DNA of 64,000 bases, from positions 5,860-69,859 of the forward strand of contig CAJJNV010000008.1 of assembly GCA_905193225.1 (NCBI GenBank). The letters run 5' to 3'. Made by a program: the position numbers and the translations under genes. Shown here one piece after another: positions 63,695 to 64,000 of the stretch (position 1 is its first letter; the number at the start of each line of letters is the position of its first letter). Under the pieces are notes generated by a model. The model was given only the letters and a program-made list of their open reading frames with translations. It ran no database searches and was not told the origin of the DNA. The DNA comes from an uncultured Oscillospiraceae bacterium (GTDB taxonomy: Bacteria; Bacillota; Clostridia; Oscillospirales; Acutalibacteraceae).

Positions 63695-64000
63695 CAGCCT
63701 TTTTCCTCCAAAATTATTTCATAAACGGCGAATTCCTCGTCCTCGCCCATTATGTATATGTGTCCGTCGACAATATTTATCGACTCCGGCTCCATATCCC
63801 AGGAATCCCACTCATCAAGATCAATCTGAAAGGCAAGAGTGCCGTCCCATCTGTAAATGCGGATTTCCGACCAGGTGCCGGGTCCGTTAAAGGAACGGAC
63901 AAAGTAGATATACTTGCTGTCGCAGAAAGCGCCCTGTGAAAGGGATGCGGGCTTTTCCACGTTGAATTCATCAATGAGCTCAAGATCGCCGTTCCATGTG
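63694..64000 (-). CDS. paralog of the 62078..63694 C-terminal domain, 3' part only (gene continues beyond window end)
   Basis: ...TWNGDLELIDEFNVEKPASLSQGAFCDSKYIYFVRSFNGPGTWSEIRIYRWDGTLAFQIDLDEWDSWDMEPESINIVDGHIYIMGEDEEFAVYEIILEEKG, colinear with the C-terminus of the downstream gene. Confidence 0.6.
   Translation of the reverse strand, partial: TWNGDLELIDEFNVEKPASLSQGAFCDSKYIYFVRSFNGPGTWSEIRIYRWDGTLAFQIDLDEWDSWDMEPESINIVDGHIYIMGEDEEFAVYEIILEEKG

Overview
64 kb chromosomal window from a moderate-GC Clostridia genome (Firmicutes), most likely a cellulosome-producing Oscillospiraceae/Ruminococcaceae (Ruminococcus-like) organism. Supporting signals are Firmicute-type GGAGG ribosome-binding sites, a T-box leader, Rex, a sporulation-type membrane protein, and several secreted proteins with Ruminococcus-style dockerin repeats.

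Main content, in order:
- Partial [FeFe]-hydrogenase gene with two tandem small thioredoxin-like [2Fe-2S] ferredoxin genes, then a kinase, rex and manA.
- Two tandem CE2-like SGNH esterases with C-terminal dockerins.
- ptsH, trmD and rimM.
- A tetR / MMPL-transporter / YhgE-Pip operon.
- A compact dcw cell-division cluster: mraZ-rsmH-ftsL-pbp-murE-mraY-ftsW-murG-murA-ftsQ-ftsZ.
- A 1495-aa dockerin-bearing repeat protein.
- A T-box-controlled thrS-yqeG-(AP endonuclease family 2)-pepP operon.
- An MFS transporter, a DeoR regulator and trmO.
- A csoR-copA copper-export operon.
- An O-antigen-ligase-like membrane protein.
- A three-gene NuoE-like / NuoF-like / (Fe-S plus GltD-like) cluster resembling the Sporomusa-type Nfn (StnABC) electron-bifurcating transhydrogenase.
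- A 2-oxoacid-dehydrogenase-E2-like protein.
- A dockerin-bearing N-acetylmuramoyl-L-alanine amidase.
- Two translationally coupled dockerin / beta-propeller-like paralogs.

The most unusual signal is a family of three ~145-nt GC-rich intergenic elements (about 1760-1903, 10608-10748 and 13752-13898). All three share the same nested architecture: a 10-13 bp outer stem, two 6-8 bp sub-hairpins and a CGGRGGG/CCYCCCG mid stem around a conserved ~70-nt core. The paired positions differ in sequence between copies but always stay complementary, which argues for a structured ncRNA or a structure-selected repeat I cannot assign to any known family.

Many distinct short tandem repeat arrays also sit in intergenic regions. 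No rRNA, tRNA, CRISPR, transposase or prophage genes were seen. Hand-derived coordinates for non-ORF features are approximate (plus or minus a few nt).
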